Assembly (NCBI GenBank): GCA_963765255.1
Contig: CAVXVI010000001.1
Span: 733,983-765,982, forward strand
Length of the DNA stretch: 32,000 nucleotides
From: an uncultured Methanobacteriaceae archaeon
GTDB taxonomy: Archaea > Methanobacteriota > Methanobacteria > Methanobacteriales > Methanobacteriaceae
Direction of reading: 5' to 3'
Shown here: in pieces, positions 1-10,144 of the stretch
Layout: every line of letters begins with the position of its first letter
Numbering within the stretch: the first letter of the stretch is position 1
The notes under the pieces: generated by a model
The model's database searches: none
Told to the model about the DNA's origin: nothing
The model's input: only the letters and a program-made list of their open reading frames with translations
Made by a program: the position numbers and the translations under genes

Positions 1-736
1 CTATTATTTCGCCTCTGTGTAGGGCAGCAAGTGTTTGTTCAGAAGTTGCAATTAAGAACAGATCTTCGCCTTCGATCTTGTATAAGGTTTCTTCAAAATC
101 AGATAGCTCTGCTGTTTCTTTTATTACATCATGTTTAATGAAATAGGGTGTTTGAAATGGTATAAACCCTTGTTCAGAAAGTATATCAACAGCAAACTTC
201 AACAACGCCATATTAAGATATACCATATCTGCTTTTAGATAATAGAAACGTGAACCTGAAATTTCAGCAGCTTTTTTAAAATCCGCACCATCAATGCCTT
301 CAATTAAATCCACATGGTTTGATGGTTTAAAATTGAAGGAAGGTTTTATGCCTTCTTTAGATATTAACAAATTATCTTCTTCGTTTTTTGAAACTGGAAC
401 ATCTTCATCAACTATATTACCAATTTTATAACGATATTCATCCCTTTTTTCAATGAATTCAGTGATTTTTGGTTCTAAACTGACAATTTCTCCTGAAACT
501 TCCTTAGCTTTGATTTGAAGTAATTTTAATTCATCTTTGCCCTGTTTTCGAGCTTCATTAAAAGATTTTGAAAGTTTATTCCTTTCAGCACGAAGTTCGT
601 TCAGTTTTTTAAGTCCATCTCTCCAGTTTGTATCATATTTAATTACTTTTTCAACATTTTCTGTATCTCTGAAACGTTTTTTTTCTGAGTTACGAATTAA
701 ATCCGGATTTTCCCTGAATAGTTTGATATCTAACAT
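1..736 (-). CDS. serS: Seryl-tRNA synthetase, N-terminal ~245 codons; the rest of the gene lies beyond the left edge
   Basis: Absent from the ORF track because it runs off the edge. My translation of the minus strand from ATG 736..734 stays open to position 1. It reads MLDIKLFRENPDLIRNSEKKRFRD, then a long charged coiled-coil arm, then GSRFYYLKADMVYLNMALLKFAVD and LFLIATSEQTLAALHRGEII. This is the canonical SerRS tRNA-binding arm followed by entry into the class II core. Confidence 0.85.
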   Translation of the reverse strand, partial: MLDIKLFRENPDLIRNSEKKRFRDTENVEKVIKYDTNWRDGLKKLNELRAERNKLSKSFNEARKQGKDELKLLQIKAKEVSGEIVSLEPKITEFIEKRDEYRYKIGNIVDEDVPVSKNEEDNLLISKEGIKPSFNFKPSNHVDLIEGIDGADFKKAAEISGSRFYYLKADMVYLNMALLKFAVDILSEQGFIPFQTPYFIKHDVIKETAELSDFEETLYKIEGEDLFLIATSEQTLAALHRGEII

Positions 737-859
737 GTTATCATCGGTTTTTATTTTATAATTCTTTATTTAATCTTCGATTTATTCCTTCATGAATTAT
801 CAAGATCATTATTAAAATTTAAAGGTCAATAAATCTATAATATAAATTCAGATATTTAT

Positions 860-2014
860 CTATCTTTCAAATACAATATTCCCATCTTTGATTAAAACTT
901 TTATGTTTTGTGGTTCAGTTCTATTTATCAATGAAAGGATAGGATCTCCTGACATTCCACTTATAAGCATAATATCTGCAATTTTTCCCGCCTCTATCGA
1001 ACCTAAATTAAGACCCAAAGCGGTTGCAGGATTTAATGTAGCCATCTTATATACTTCTAAAGCTGAGAGATAAGTTTTATAATATCCTCTTGTTACCTTG
1101 AGAGCATATTCCATTTCTTTAAACATATTTGGGGAGTTTAACATTACATTATCAGTTCCAAGGCATACATTTATTCCTCTGTCTAACATGTCTATTATTG
1201 GAGGTATTCCAACCCCGAGTGAACCATTAGACCGGGGACAACAAACAACTGGAATTCCCATTTCTCCAATAAGTTTTAAATCATCTTTTAATGGGGCAGT
1301 AACATGTATTAACAGATTGAAACCTCTAATTAATGCCCGTTCGACTTCAGTTTTACCCTTAAGTTTTAAAGATCTTGTTTGAAGATCTTCATACTCAGCA
1401 ACATGTATCGAAGAAGGTTTAGAATGTTTTCGACATATTTTAGTAATAGATGAAGCTACATCATCTTCAATTTCGCCAAAACCGCTTAAAGCTATTCCAT
1501 CGCAAGCATCAAGTAGTTTTTCTGCTATTTTTTCAACTTCTGATATGATTGGGCTTTCTTCATAGAAAGTATCATGTCTGCCTAAAATTATCTTCCTTAT
1601 GGGAATATTTTTTGATGCCTTTTTAAGAATATTAATCCCTTCGTAACCTCCTTCACGAAAGTCAATGAATGTGGTGGTCCCTGTTTTTAGCATGTACTCC
1701 ATAGAACCTTGCATAGCCTTAATCATATATTCTGGTGAAGTTTCAGACAATATGCGGTGTTTTATACCGTTAGGAGGTTTTACAATTTTGTCTATAGGTT
1801 CACCATCACCTACATCTTTTGCAACGGAGTCTCCAATATGGACATGGGAATTTATTAATGAAGGAGAAGCAATACAACCATTTCCATCTACCATTCTCCC
1901 TTTCTCCACTCTATCGGATAACTCAACAATCTCAGTGTCATCAATTATGATGTTCGTTCTTCGAACTTCCATATCATCCCCGCATAGAACCCGGGCATTT
2001 TTGATAGTGATCAT
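860..2014 (-). CDS. Metal-dependent amidohydrolase (chlorohydrolase/aminohydrolase-deaminase superfamily), substrate unknown
   Basis: 384-aa ORF with an ATG start. The N-terminal beta-sandwich region is followed by the HxH metal motif (LINSHVHIGDS). A later ...SSIHVAE... histidine and a C-terminal LGTDN aspartate motif are typical of the TIM-barrel amidohydrolase fold. Confidence 0.7.
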   Translation of the reverse strand: MITIKNARVLCGDDMEVRRTNIIIDDTEIVELSDRVEKGRMVDGNGCIASPSLINSHVHIGDSVAKDVGDGEPIDKIVKPPNGIKHRILSETSPEYMIKAMQGSMEYMLKTGTTTFIDFREGGYEGINILKKASKNIPIRKIILGRHDTFYEESPIISEVEKIAEKLLDACDGIALSGFGEIEDDVASSITKICRKHSKPSSIHVAEYEDLQTRSLKLKGKTEVERALIRGFNLLIHVTAPLKDDLKLIGEMGIPVVCCPRSNGSLGVGIPPIIDMLDRGINVCLGTDNVMLNSPNMFKEMEYALKVTRGYYKTYLSALEVYKMATLNPATALGLNLGSIEAGKIADIMLISGMSGDPILSLINRTEPQNIKVLIKDGNIVFER

Positions 2015-2167
2015 TATATTTAACTATTTATTTTATTATTTATTATTTTTAGTAATTTTAAACGCTTAAATTATAAAATTTTTAAAAGTAATTGGATGAA
2101 TTTTAATCTTAACTTTAGAATGCCAATAATTATTAAATTTAAAAAATAAAGGTATTAAAGAAGTTTA

Positions 2168-5100
2168 TCATAGCAAATCATGATATTGATTCAAAGATTT
2201 AACACCAATATCTCCTTCTTTAACGTGTTCTATTGCATTTAACACTGCACGTGCACCTGCAAGTGTTGTAACATAAGGTATTCCGAGTTCTACAGCCATT
2301 CTCCTAATATAAAAACCATCGTCTGCCGACTGCTTACCTGAGGGGGTGTTAATAATAAGGTCTATCTGTCCATTTAAAACAGCATCCTTAATATTTGGCG
2401 ATTGTTGGCTTACTTTTCCTATGGTATTAATATTAACATATTTATCAACAGCATTGGCTGTCCCTTCAGTTGCTACGAGTTCAAATCCAAGACTCTCAGC
2501 ATTTTCAACAATGTCCCTAATACTATTTTTATCGGAATCCCTAACACTTATAAAAAGCCGTCCCTTTTTAGGTAGTTCCATACCTGCAGATAGCAAAGCT
2601 TTGTAATATGAAATACCGAAATTTTCATCGATTCCCATACTTTCCCCAGTTGATTTCATTTCAGGCCCTAGAATTGAATCAGCAGCGGGAAGTTTGATGA
2701 ATGGGAATATAGATTCTTTAACTGCAACATGTTTAATTTTAATTTCATCCCTAAGTCCCATATCTTTAAGCTTGTATCCTATCATAAGTTTAGCTGCTAT
2801 TTTAGCAAGAGGAACTCCTACTGCTTTGCTAACGAATGGAACTGTTCTACTTGCTCTTGGATTGGCTTCAATTATATAAACTTTATCAGATTTAACAGCG
2901 TATTGTATATTCATTAATCCTATTACATTCAGCTCTAATGCCAATTTGGTTGTATAATCTTTTATAGTTTTTAGAACGTCCTTTGGAAGACTTTGTGGGG
3001 GTATCACACATGCAGAATCACCTGAATGAACTCCAGCTTCTTCTATATGCTCCATAATGCCTCCGATAAATACCTCTTCCCCATCGGATAATGCATCTAC
3101 ATCAATTTCTATAGCATCTTCAAGAAATTTATCTACTAGGATAGGATGTTCTGGAGAAATTTTAACTGCTTCCTTCATATACTCTTTGAGTTTGATATCA
3201 TCGTATACAATTTCCATGGCTCTTCCACCCAATACATAGGATGGTCTTACAAGAACTGGGAATCCTATTCTTTTAGCAACCAGTCTGGCATCTTCAAATG
3301 AGTATGCAATTCCATACTCTGCTTGAGGTATTTCAAGAAGATCTAAAACTTCTGTGAAACGTTCTCGATCTTCAACACGATCTATACTTTCATGTGCTGT
3401 TCCCAATATTTGAATACCCTCTTCAGCAAGAGGTACTGCTAGGTTTATTGATGTTTGGCCTCCAAATTGAACAACAACTCCGTCAGGCTTTTCTTTATCC
3501 ATTATACTCATTACATCTTCGAGTGTTAGAGGTTCGAAGTAAAGTTTATTTGAAATATCGTAATCTGTACTCACAGTTTCTGGATTGTTGTTTATAATGA
3601 TAGTTTCTATACCTTCATCTTTCAAAGCAAGGGATGCGTGGACACAACAATAATCAAATTCTATGCCTTGTCCAATCCTTATTGGACCCGCACCTATAAT
3701 TACTACTTTTTTATTATCCGAAACAGCTACTTCATCTTCACCTTCGTATGTTCCATAGTAATATGGAGTTTTTGCCTCAAATTCTGCAGCACAAGTATCA
3801 ACCATTTTATATGTTGGTATGATTCCAGTATTCCTTCTATGATCCCTGATATATTTCTCTTTATATCCTGTTATCTGAGAGAGAATAGCGTCGGAGAATC
3901 CCATCCTTTTCGCTTTTATTAAAATATCAGGTTTGAGAATTTCATCAGCACCTAAACTAATTAGATAAGCTTCAAAATCTACTATACTTTGTATTTTATA
4001 TAAAAAGAATCTGTCGATCTGGGTTATGTCGTGAATTTCATTAATTTCCCTTCCCGATTTAAGTGCTGTGTACAGATGGAATATCCTTTCATCAGTAGCA
4101 TTTCTTAATAGGTCATCGGTGTAAGGAACTTCTTCGAATCCGTGCTTTTTGATATCAAGGGATCTTATGGCTTTATGAAGTGATTCTTCTATTGTTCTAC
4201 CAATAGCCATTACCTCACCAGTTGACTGCATCTGAACTCCTATCTCTCTTTTTACTCCTTTGAACTTGTCGAATGGCCATCTTGGAATTTTTGCAACCAC
4301 ATAATCTAGTGATGGTTCAAATGATGCTGGCGTTTCCTTGGTAATATCATTCTGAATCTCATCAAGAGTCATTCCAACAGCTATTTTGGCAGATATTTTG
4401 GCTATAGGATAACCTGTAGCCTTTGATGCTAATGCACTGCTACGACTTACTCTAGGATTTACTTCAATAACTTTATATTCTCCTGTTTCTGCATTAAATG
4501 CAAATTGAATATTACATCCTCCTTGGATATGTAAAGCTCTTATGATCTTTATTGAAGCATTCCTTAACCTTTGATTATCAATGTCCGAAAGGGTTTGTGA
4601 AGGAGCAACAACGACACTCTCACCTGTGTGTATCCCCATGGGATCCATGTTTTCCATGTTACACACAATTATACAAGTGTCGTTTTTATCTCTCATTACT
4701 TCATATTCAAACTCTTTCCAGCCAATAACAGATTCATCAATGAGTACTTGATTGATGAAGCTCATATCAAGCCCTCTTGTTGCAACTTCGATAAGTTCAT
4801 TCTCGTTGTATGCAACACCACCGCCTGTTCCACCTAATGTGAATGCGGGCCTAACAATAACTGGATAACCTATTTCTTCAACGGCTTCAATAGATTCTTC
4901 AATAGAAGTTACAGCTCTACAGTGCGGTATGGGTTCTTCTAGTTCCATCATGAAATTACCAAAAAGATTTCTATCTTCAACATTTCTTATGGTTTGGATA
5001 GTAGAACCAATAACTTTAATACCTTCAAGAGCCCCTATTTTTTCAAGTCCCGTTGCAACATTCAATCCAGTTTGACCACCCATTGTGGGAAGTATGGCAT

Positions 5101-5350
5101 CTGGTTTTTCTTTTTCTATGATTTGAGCTACGATTTCAGGCGTCAGTGGTTCTACATACACTGTGTCAGCCATATCAACATCTGTTTGTATGGTTGCAGG
5201 GTTGCTGTTTACAAGTACGGTTTCAATTCCCTCATCCATAAGAGATTTACATGCTTGAGAACCTGAATAATCAAATTCTGCAGCTTGACCTATTTGTATG
5301 GGTCCTGAACCAATGATAAGAACCTTTTTTATGTCTTTGTCCCTTGGCAT
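2168..5350 (-). CDS. carB: Carbamoyl-phosphate synthase large subunit
   Basis: 1060-aa ORF with two tandem ATP-grasp halves ([23 protein letters not shown] and [23 protein letters not shown]). The N-terminus is [23 protein letters not shown] and a C-terminal MGS-like domain is present. It lies downstream of carA on the same strand. Confidence 0.97.
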   Translation of the reverse strand: [1060 protein letters not shown]

Positions 5351-5469
5351 TTATGATCCTCTACCTTTTAATAAATTTTAATCGACAATATTTTCTTTTA
5401 TATGATTATTTTTTCTTAAAGTTGAATATATCAACTTAAATTCTCGGTATCTGATTTTTTTGTAACTAT

Positions 5470-6552
5470 TTAATACTCCTTTAAAACTTTAAGAAAGTTA
5501 TCAAAGTAATGATCCGAATCGTTAGGCCCGGGTCCTGCCTCGGGATGATATTGTACACTTGAAATTGGAAGTTCGTCATGTTCAATACCTTCGGGTGTTC
5601 CATCATTTAGGTTTACTTGATTAATTTTAATAGGCAAGTCTTTGCATGAATCAGCATCAACAGTAAAACCATGATTCTGGGAGGTTATTGTAACTTTACC
5701 CGTTATTAGATCTTTTACAGGTTGGTTTATGCCTCTGTGTCCGAATTTCATTTTATAAATTTTAGCACCGAAAGCAAGGGATATGATCTGATGACCTAAA
5801 CATATACCCGAAATTGGTAATTTCTCCGAGAGATTTCGCACTGTTTTAGCTGCTTCTGTGACTCTAGTGGGGTTTCCTGGCCCACTTGAAACAAGCACAG
5901 CTTCAGGGTTGTAATCTAAAATTTCTTTATATCCCGTTTTGTATGGTACTACCACAACACCTATTTCCCTTTTTAAGAGAGCATTGATACTATTCTTTTT
6001 TATACCGCAGTCAAGAATCACTGCACGGTGTTTTAGTTCTTCACCAATAATTTTTGGTTTTTTTACTGCAACAGTGTCAACCAAGTCCATATCTTCAATA
6101 TTTTTCTGTTCATTTACTAGTTTTAAAAGTTCATCATCCTCAATTTCTTCTGTCGAAATTGCACCTTTCATAGCTCCATGACGTCTGATCTTAAGGGTTA
6201 GATATCTAGTATCAATTCCGCTTATACCTGGTATTTGATATTCTTCTAAAAAATCTGGTAAATTTTCCCTCGAGAGTCTATGGGATGGATAGCTATTTTG
6301 TTCTCTTACAACATATCCTTCTGCTTTTATTCCCTCAGATTGGAACCAATCTCTTGATATTCCATAATTACCTTGTAACGGATAGGTTGACATAAGAATT
6401 TGACCTTTGTAAGATGGATCTGTCAATGATTCAACGTATCCGGTCATTCCAGTAGCAAAAACCACTTCTCCTGTTTTAATGGTTTCAAAACCGAACCCTT
6501 CTCCTTTAAGTATTGTACCATCTTCTAAAGCTAATTTGGCCTCTTTTAGCAT
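5470..6552 (-). CDS. carA: Carbamoyl-phosphate synthase small (glutamine amidotransferase) subunit
   Basis: 360-aa ORF. The class I GATase nucleophile elbow is GICLGHQ and the HPE triad region is [23 protein letters not shown] sits 3 nt upstream of the ATG. Confidence 0.97.
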   Translation of the reverse strand: MLKEAKLALEDGTILKGEGFGFETIKTGEVVFATGMTGYVESLTDPSYKGQILMSTYPLQGNYGISRDWFQSEGIKAEGYVVREQNSYPSHRLSRENLPDFLEEYQIPGISGIDTRYLTLKIRRHGAMKGAISTEEIEDDELLKLVNEQKNIEDMDLVDTVAVKKPKIIGEELKHRAVILDCGIKKNSINALLKREIGVVVVPYKTGYKEILDYNPEAVLVSSGPGNPTRVTEAAKTVRNLSEKLPISGICLGHQIISLAFGAKIYKMKFGHRGINQPVKDLITGKVTITSQNHGFTVDADSCKDLPIKINQVNLNDGTPEGIEHDELPISSVQYHPEAGPGPNDSDHYFDNFLKVLKEY

Positions 6553-6782
6553 TTCATCACCGGTTAAATTAATTATAAATTAAAAATTTGAGTTACGATC
6601 AACGATGGGATATAATACCATTTGATCATCATAAATCTGTAACTGATCGTTTATTAGATTTTTTATCAAAAAATATTTCATGATCTTAATCAGTTAGTTT
6701 ATTTTACTAGTTTATTAATTAGGTTATTACAGATATCAAATAATAAGATTTATTTATTACAAATCAATTTATTCAAATAATA

Positions 6783-7217
6783 TTATTCCAAGATTTTGCT
6801 CATAATTGCAGCGTCTTCACGGTCTTCATAATAATCTGCAACGATATTTTCTTCTTTGAAACCCATTTTACTATAAAATTTCCTTGCACCTTTATTTCCA
6901 ACCCTCACTTCAAGTTTAATGACTTTAACATCGAACTTTTTGAAGGCTTCGAGGCTGGTCTCGACTAATTTTGATCCGACATCTTTTCTTCTATAGTTTT
7001 TGTCTACTGCAATAGATATTAAATGTCCTTCATCTTCATATTTGATCCAAAATATAATATATCCTACTACCCTATTATTTTCTTGGGCCACAAGGAATCC
7101 CGCTCCAAGGTTATAAATATCAACAAGAATATTGGCAGGGTAGGGGTCACTAAAAGACGCTATTTCGATTTCAAGGACTCTTTTGACGTCCGGGCGTTTA
7201 AATTCTCTTATTATCAT
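6783..7217 (-). CDS. rimI: GNAT-family N-acetyltransferase, RimI/Ard1-like (ribosomal-protein or N-terminal acetyltransferase)
   Basis: 144-aa ORF with the GNAT acetyl-CoA motif (IAVDKNYRRKDVGSKLV ... ARKFYSKMGF). A GGAGA RBS precedes the ATG. Confidence 0.75.
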   Translation of the reverse strand: MIIREFKRPDVKRVLEIEIASFSDPYPANILVDIYNLGAGFLVAQENNRVVGYIIFWIKYEDEGHLISIAVDKNYRRKDVGSKLVETSLEAFKKFDVKVIKLEVRVGNKGARKFYSKMGFKEENIVADYYEDREDAAIMSKILE

Positions 7218-7243
7218 AAATTTCTCCAGTAAGTGGTAAAAAA

Positions 7244-7624
7244 ATGTGGAAAGACTTTTCAGAATATATCATAGCGAATTATAAAGATGCTTCACTTATT
7301 ATTGAGGTTGGTGTAGGAGGTTTCCCACTGGTTGCTTTAACACTAAAACAATATCTTAACATGGATATCATCATGACAGATATTAAACTTTACCATAATG
7401 AAGTTGTAGTCGATGATATCACCAATCCGGATATGGATATATACAGTGGTGCGACATTAATCTACTCAATACGTCCTCCTGAAGAACTTCAAACTCATAT
7501 AAAAATGGTGGCAGACTCTGTTGGTGCTGACTTAATTATAAAACCACTTTCAACAGAATTTATTAATTTAGATAATAGTTTGAAGCTTATGAATTACAAA
7601 AAAGCGATATTTTACAAGAAGTGA
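7244..7624 (+). CDS. UPF0146-family small protein (Rossmann-like, putative SAM-binding fold), function unknown
   Basis: 126-aa ORF. EVGVGGF is a glycine-rich loop, and IYSIRPPEEL ... DLIIKPL is the pattern I recognise from the archaeal UPF0146 family. The stop codon abuts the next gene's ATG. Confidence 0.55.
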   Translation: MWKDFSEYIIANYKDASLIIEVGVGGFPLVALTLKQYLNMDIIMTDIKLYHNEVVVDDITNPDMDIYSGATLIYSIRPPEELQTHIKMVADSVGADLIIKPLSTEFINLDNSLKLMNYKKAIFYKK

Positions 7625-10144
7625 ATGTTTATGAAATGGCAGAATATTAAAATAGATGAAACACTGAAATTATTGAAGTCTAATTATGGTGGTTTAGCTA
7701 GTGGAGATGTACTGAAAAGGGTTGAAATTTATGGAAAAAATGAATTGATTGAAGAAGAAAAACCAGGTCCTTTTATCAGATTTCTAAGTCAGTTCAAGGA
7801 TTTTCTCATAATTTTACTTATAATAGCAGCTGCAGCTGCAGCATTGGTAGGAGATAGAACAGATGCCGCAGTTATCCTTATTGTGGTTATTTTGAATGCT
7901 GTTGTTGGGTTTATACAAGAAAACCGTGCCGAAAATGCTATGGAACAACTTAAAAATATGACTTCCACAATGGCTACTGTTATTCGTGATGGGAATACTA
8001 AAAAAATTGCTGCAAGTGATCTAACGATTGGGGATATAGTTAAACTCGAAGAGGGGGATAATGTACCTGCAGATATGAGATTATTAGCAAGTCATGATCT
8101 TATGGTTGATGAATCAGCACTTACAGGAGAATCAAAACCATCGAAAAAAGATGCAAATATTGTATCAGAGAATGATACGACTAATATGGTTTTCATGGAC
8201 ACTTATGTTTCATCTGGACGTGCAAGAGGTGTTGTCGCAGAGATAGGAATGAAAACAGCAATAGGTAAAATTGCAGAATTGATACAAGGCGAAGAAGAGA
8301 AGACTCCATTGCAGGATAGAATACACGGTCTTGGAAAACTTATGGGTTTAATTGCACTTATTGTATGTACGGGCATATTTGGACTTCAATTATTCAAGGG
8401 AGTACCATTAGTTACAAACTTCTTAACAGCAGTTTCTCTAGCCGTTGCGGCAGTACCTGAAGGATTACCTGCAATCATGACTCTAACGTTAGCATTGGGA
8501 ATGCAAAGAATGGCAAAAAGTAATGCTGTCGTCCGTAAACTACTTGCTGTAGAAACTTTAGGTTCTTGCTCTACAATATGTACGGATAAAACCGGCACTC
8601 TTACAAAAAATAAGATGACAGTCCGCCAAACACAGATAACAGCTCCTGAAATAGCATTTAAAATTGCAGCACTATGCAACAATTCTAATATTTCTAATGG
8701 TAAGATTATTGGCGATCCAACAGATGGTGCAATGTTGATTTATGCAGAAGAAAATGGATACAAAAGGGAAGAACTGGAAAAAATACATAAAAGAATTTTT
8801 GAAATACCCTTAGACAGCGAAAGAAAGAGAATGACCACTGTAAATCAGTTTAATGGAGAAAGATATGTTCTCATAAAAGGTGCACCCGAGATAATTATAG
8901 AACTCTGTAAAAATGTAGAAGAGGATGGAAAATGCAATAAAATAACTAATGATAATAGATTAGAAGTATTGGAAGATCTTAAAGGCATGACATCTGAAGC
9001 TCTTAGAGTTCTTGCTCTTGCTTATCGAAAGTTGGGACCAGATGAAGATTTTGAAAATAGAGAAGCTTTGGAAAGTAATCTAACATTTGTTGGACTTGTA
9101 GGAATGATGGATCCTCCAAGGGAGGAAGCCAAAGAGGCTGTAGCATTGTGTGAAAAAGCTGGCATCAAGGTGGTAATGATCACTGGAGATAACAAAGACA
9201 CAGCAGCTGCAATAGCATCGGAGATCGGTATTTTAAAGGATGGGAAAGTACTAACTGGGCCAGATCTTGATAAAATAGATGATAAAAACTTTGAAGAAAT
9301 TGTGCAGGATGTAAGTGTCTATGCTCGAGTATATCCTGAACAGAAGGTTCGTATAGTAGAAGCGCTTAAATCTTCGGGACAAGTAGTTGCTATGACTGGG
9401 GATGGTGTGAATGATGCTCCAGCACTTAAGAAGGCTGCTATAGGTATTGCGATGGGTTCAGGTACTGATGTGGCCAAGGAATCTTCAGATATGTTGCTTC
9501 AAGACGATAACTTTGCAACCATAGTTGAGGCAGTTAAAGAGGGACGTACAATCTTTGATAATATAAAAAGATTTGTCAAATTCCAGCTTTCAACTAATAT
9601 AGGGGCAATTCTCACCATTACTAGTGCTTCACTTTTGAGTCTACCAATACCATTCAATCCGATCCAAATACTCTGGATAAACATAATAATGGACGGACCT
9701 CCAGCTCAATCTTTGGGTGTCGAACATTCTGAGGCAAATGTAATGGAACGACCACCTAGTAAGGGGAACATTATACCTAAAAGAAATCTTATTAAGATAG
9801 GAATTGCTGGAGTTGTAATGAGTATTGGGACACTTATACTCTATTACTATGAATTAACTAGCGGTGCAAGTGAAATTAGTGCGATGAGTGTAGCATTCAC
9901 TGTTTTTGTCATGTATCAAATATTCAATGTTTTCAATTGTAAAGCCAAAGGAAAGTTTCCAAACAAAACATTGATCATAGCAGTTGCTGCGTCTTTCCTT
10001 CTCCAACTGGGTGTAATATACTTACCATATTTACAGCACATATTCAGAACAACTTCTATTTCAATCATGGACTGGATTCTAATCGTAATCGTTGCATCTA
10101 GCATATTCTTAACAGAATTTATCAGTGAAAAGGTGATAAAATGA
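7625..10144 (+). CDS. P-type cation-transporting ATPase, type II (Ca2+/PMR1/SERCA-like)
   Basis: 839-aa ORF with the TGES actuator motif, a PEGLPA motif in TM4, the phosphorylation site CTDKTGTLT, MITGDN and GDGVNDAPALKKA. There is no CPC/CPH heavy-metal motif and no N-terminal metal-binding domain. The true start may be the second ATG at 7631, which has better spacing from GTGA. Confidence 0.93.
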   Translation: MFMKWQNIKIDETLKLLKSNYGGLASGDVLKRVEIYGKNELIEEEKPGPFIRFLSQFKDFLIILLIIAAAAAALVGDRTDAAVILIVVILNAVVGFIQENRAENAMEQLKNMTSTMATVIRDGNTKKIAASDLTIGDIVKLEEGDNVPADMRLLASHDLMVDESALTGESKPSKKDANIVSENDTTNMVFMDTYVSSGRARGVVAEIGMKTAIGKIAELIQGEEEKTPLQDRIHGLGKLMGLIALIVCTGIFGLQLFKGVPLVTNFLTAVSLAVAAVPEGLPAIMTLTLALGMQRMAKSNAVVRKLLAVETLGSCSTICTDKTGTLTKNKMTVRQTQITAPEIAFKIAALCNNSNISNGKIIGDPTDGAMLIYAEENGYKREELEKIHKRIFEIPLDSERKRMTTVNQFNGERYVLIKGAPEIIIELCKNVEEDGKCNKITNDNRLEVLEDLKGMTSEALRVLALAYRKLGPDEDFENREALESNLTFVGLVGMMDPPREEAKEAVALCEKAGIKVVMITGDNKDTAAAIASEIGILKDGKVLTGPDLDKIDDKNFEEIVQDVSVYARVYPEQKVRIVEALKSSGQVVAMTGDGVNDAPALKKAAIGIAMGSGTDVAKESSDMLLQDDNFATIVEAVKEGRTIFDNIKRFVKFQLSTNIGAILTITSASLLSLPIPFNPIQILWINIIMDGPPAQSLGVEHSEANVMERPPSKGNIIPKRNLIKIGIAGVVMSIGTLILYYYELTSGASEISAMSVAFTVFVMYQIFNVFNCKAKGKFPNKTLIIAVAASFLLQLGVIYLPYLQHIFRTTSISIMDWILIVIVASSIFLTEFISEKVIK

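Noticed and set aside
537-761. 74-aa + strand ORF from the track (TTG start)
   Set aside because: It lies antisense to the clearly coding serS N-terminus and its peptide is low-complexity and Ser/Phe/Leu-rich. It is a shadow ORF.
888-5266. About a dozen 60-134-aa + strand ORFs inside the amidohydrolase and carB genes
   Set aside because: All are antisense to long ORFs with strong family motifs. They lack RBSs and have the skewed, hydrophobic, low-complexity composition typical of shadow frames in AT-rich DNA. The same reasoning applies to the antisense ORFs listed inside carA, the ATPase, pan, the Mur-like genes, cobQ, lon and trkA.
5419-5437. Hairpin AAGTTGA-ATATA-TCAACTT in the 118-nt carA-carB spacer
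   Set aside because: The 7-bp AT-rich stem is not followed by a T-run on the transcribed (minus) strand, so it is not a convincing terminator or attenuator. It may simply overlap a TATA-like sequence. The evidence is too weak to report.
6590-6660. GTTACGATC / GTAACTGATCG-like repeats and an ATGATGA motif upstream of carA
   Set aside because: I tested this as a C/D-box sRNA on the minus strand. No D' or D CUGA box lies at the required 12-nt spacing. The repeats are short and imperfect.
7218-7243. Only 26 bp between the divergent start codons of rimI and the UPF0146 gene
   Set aside because: It is curious, because both promoters must lie inside the opposite gene. The interval holds no element beyond the two RBSs. 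It is a packing oddity, not a feature.
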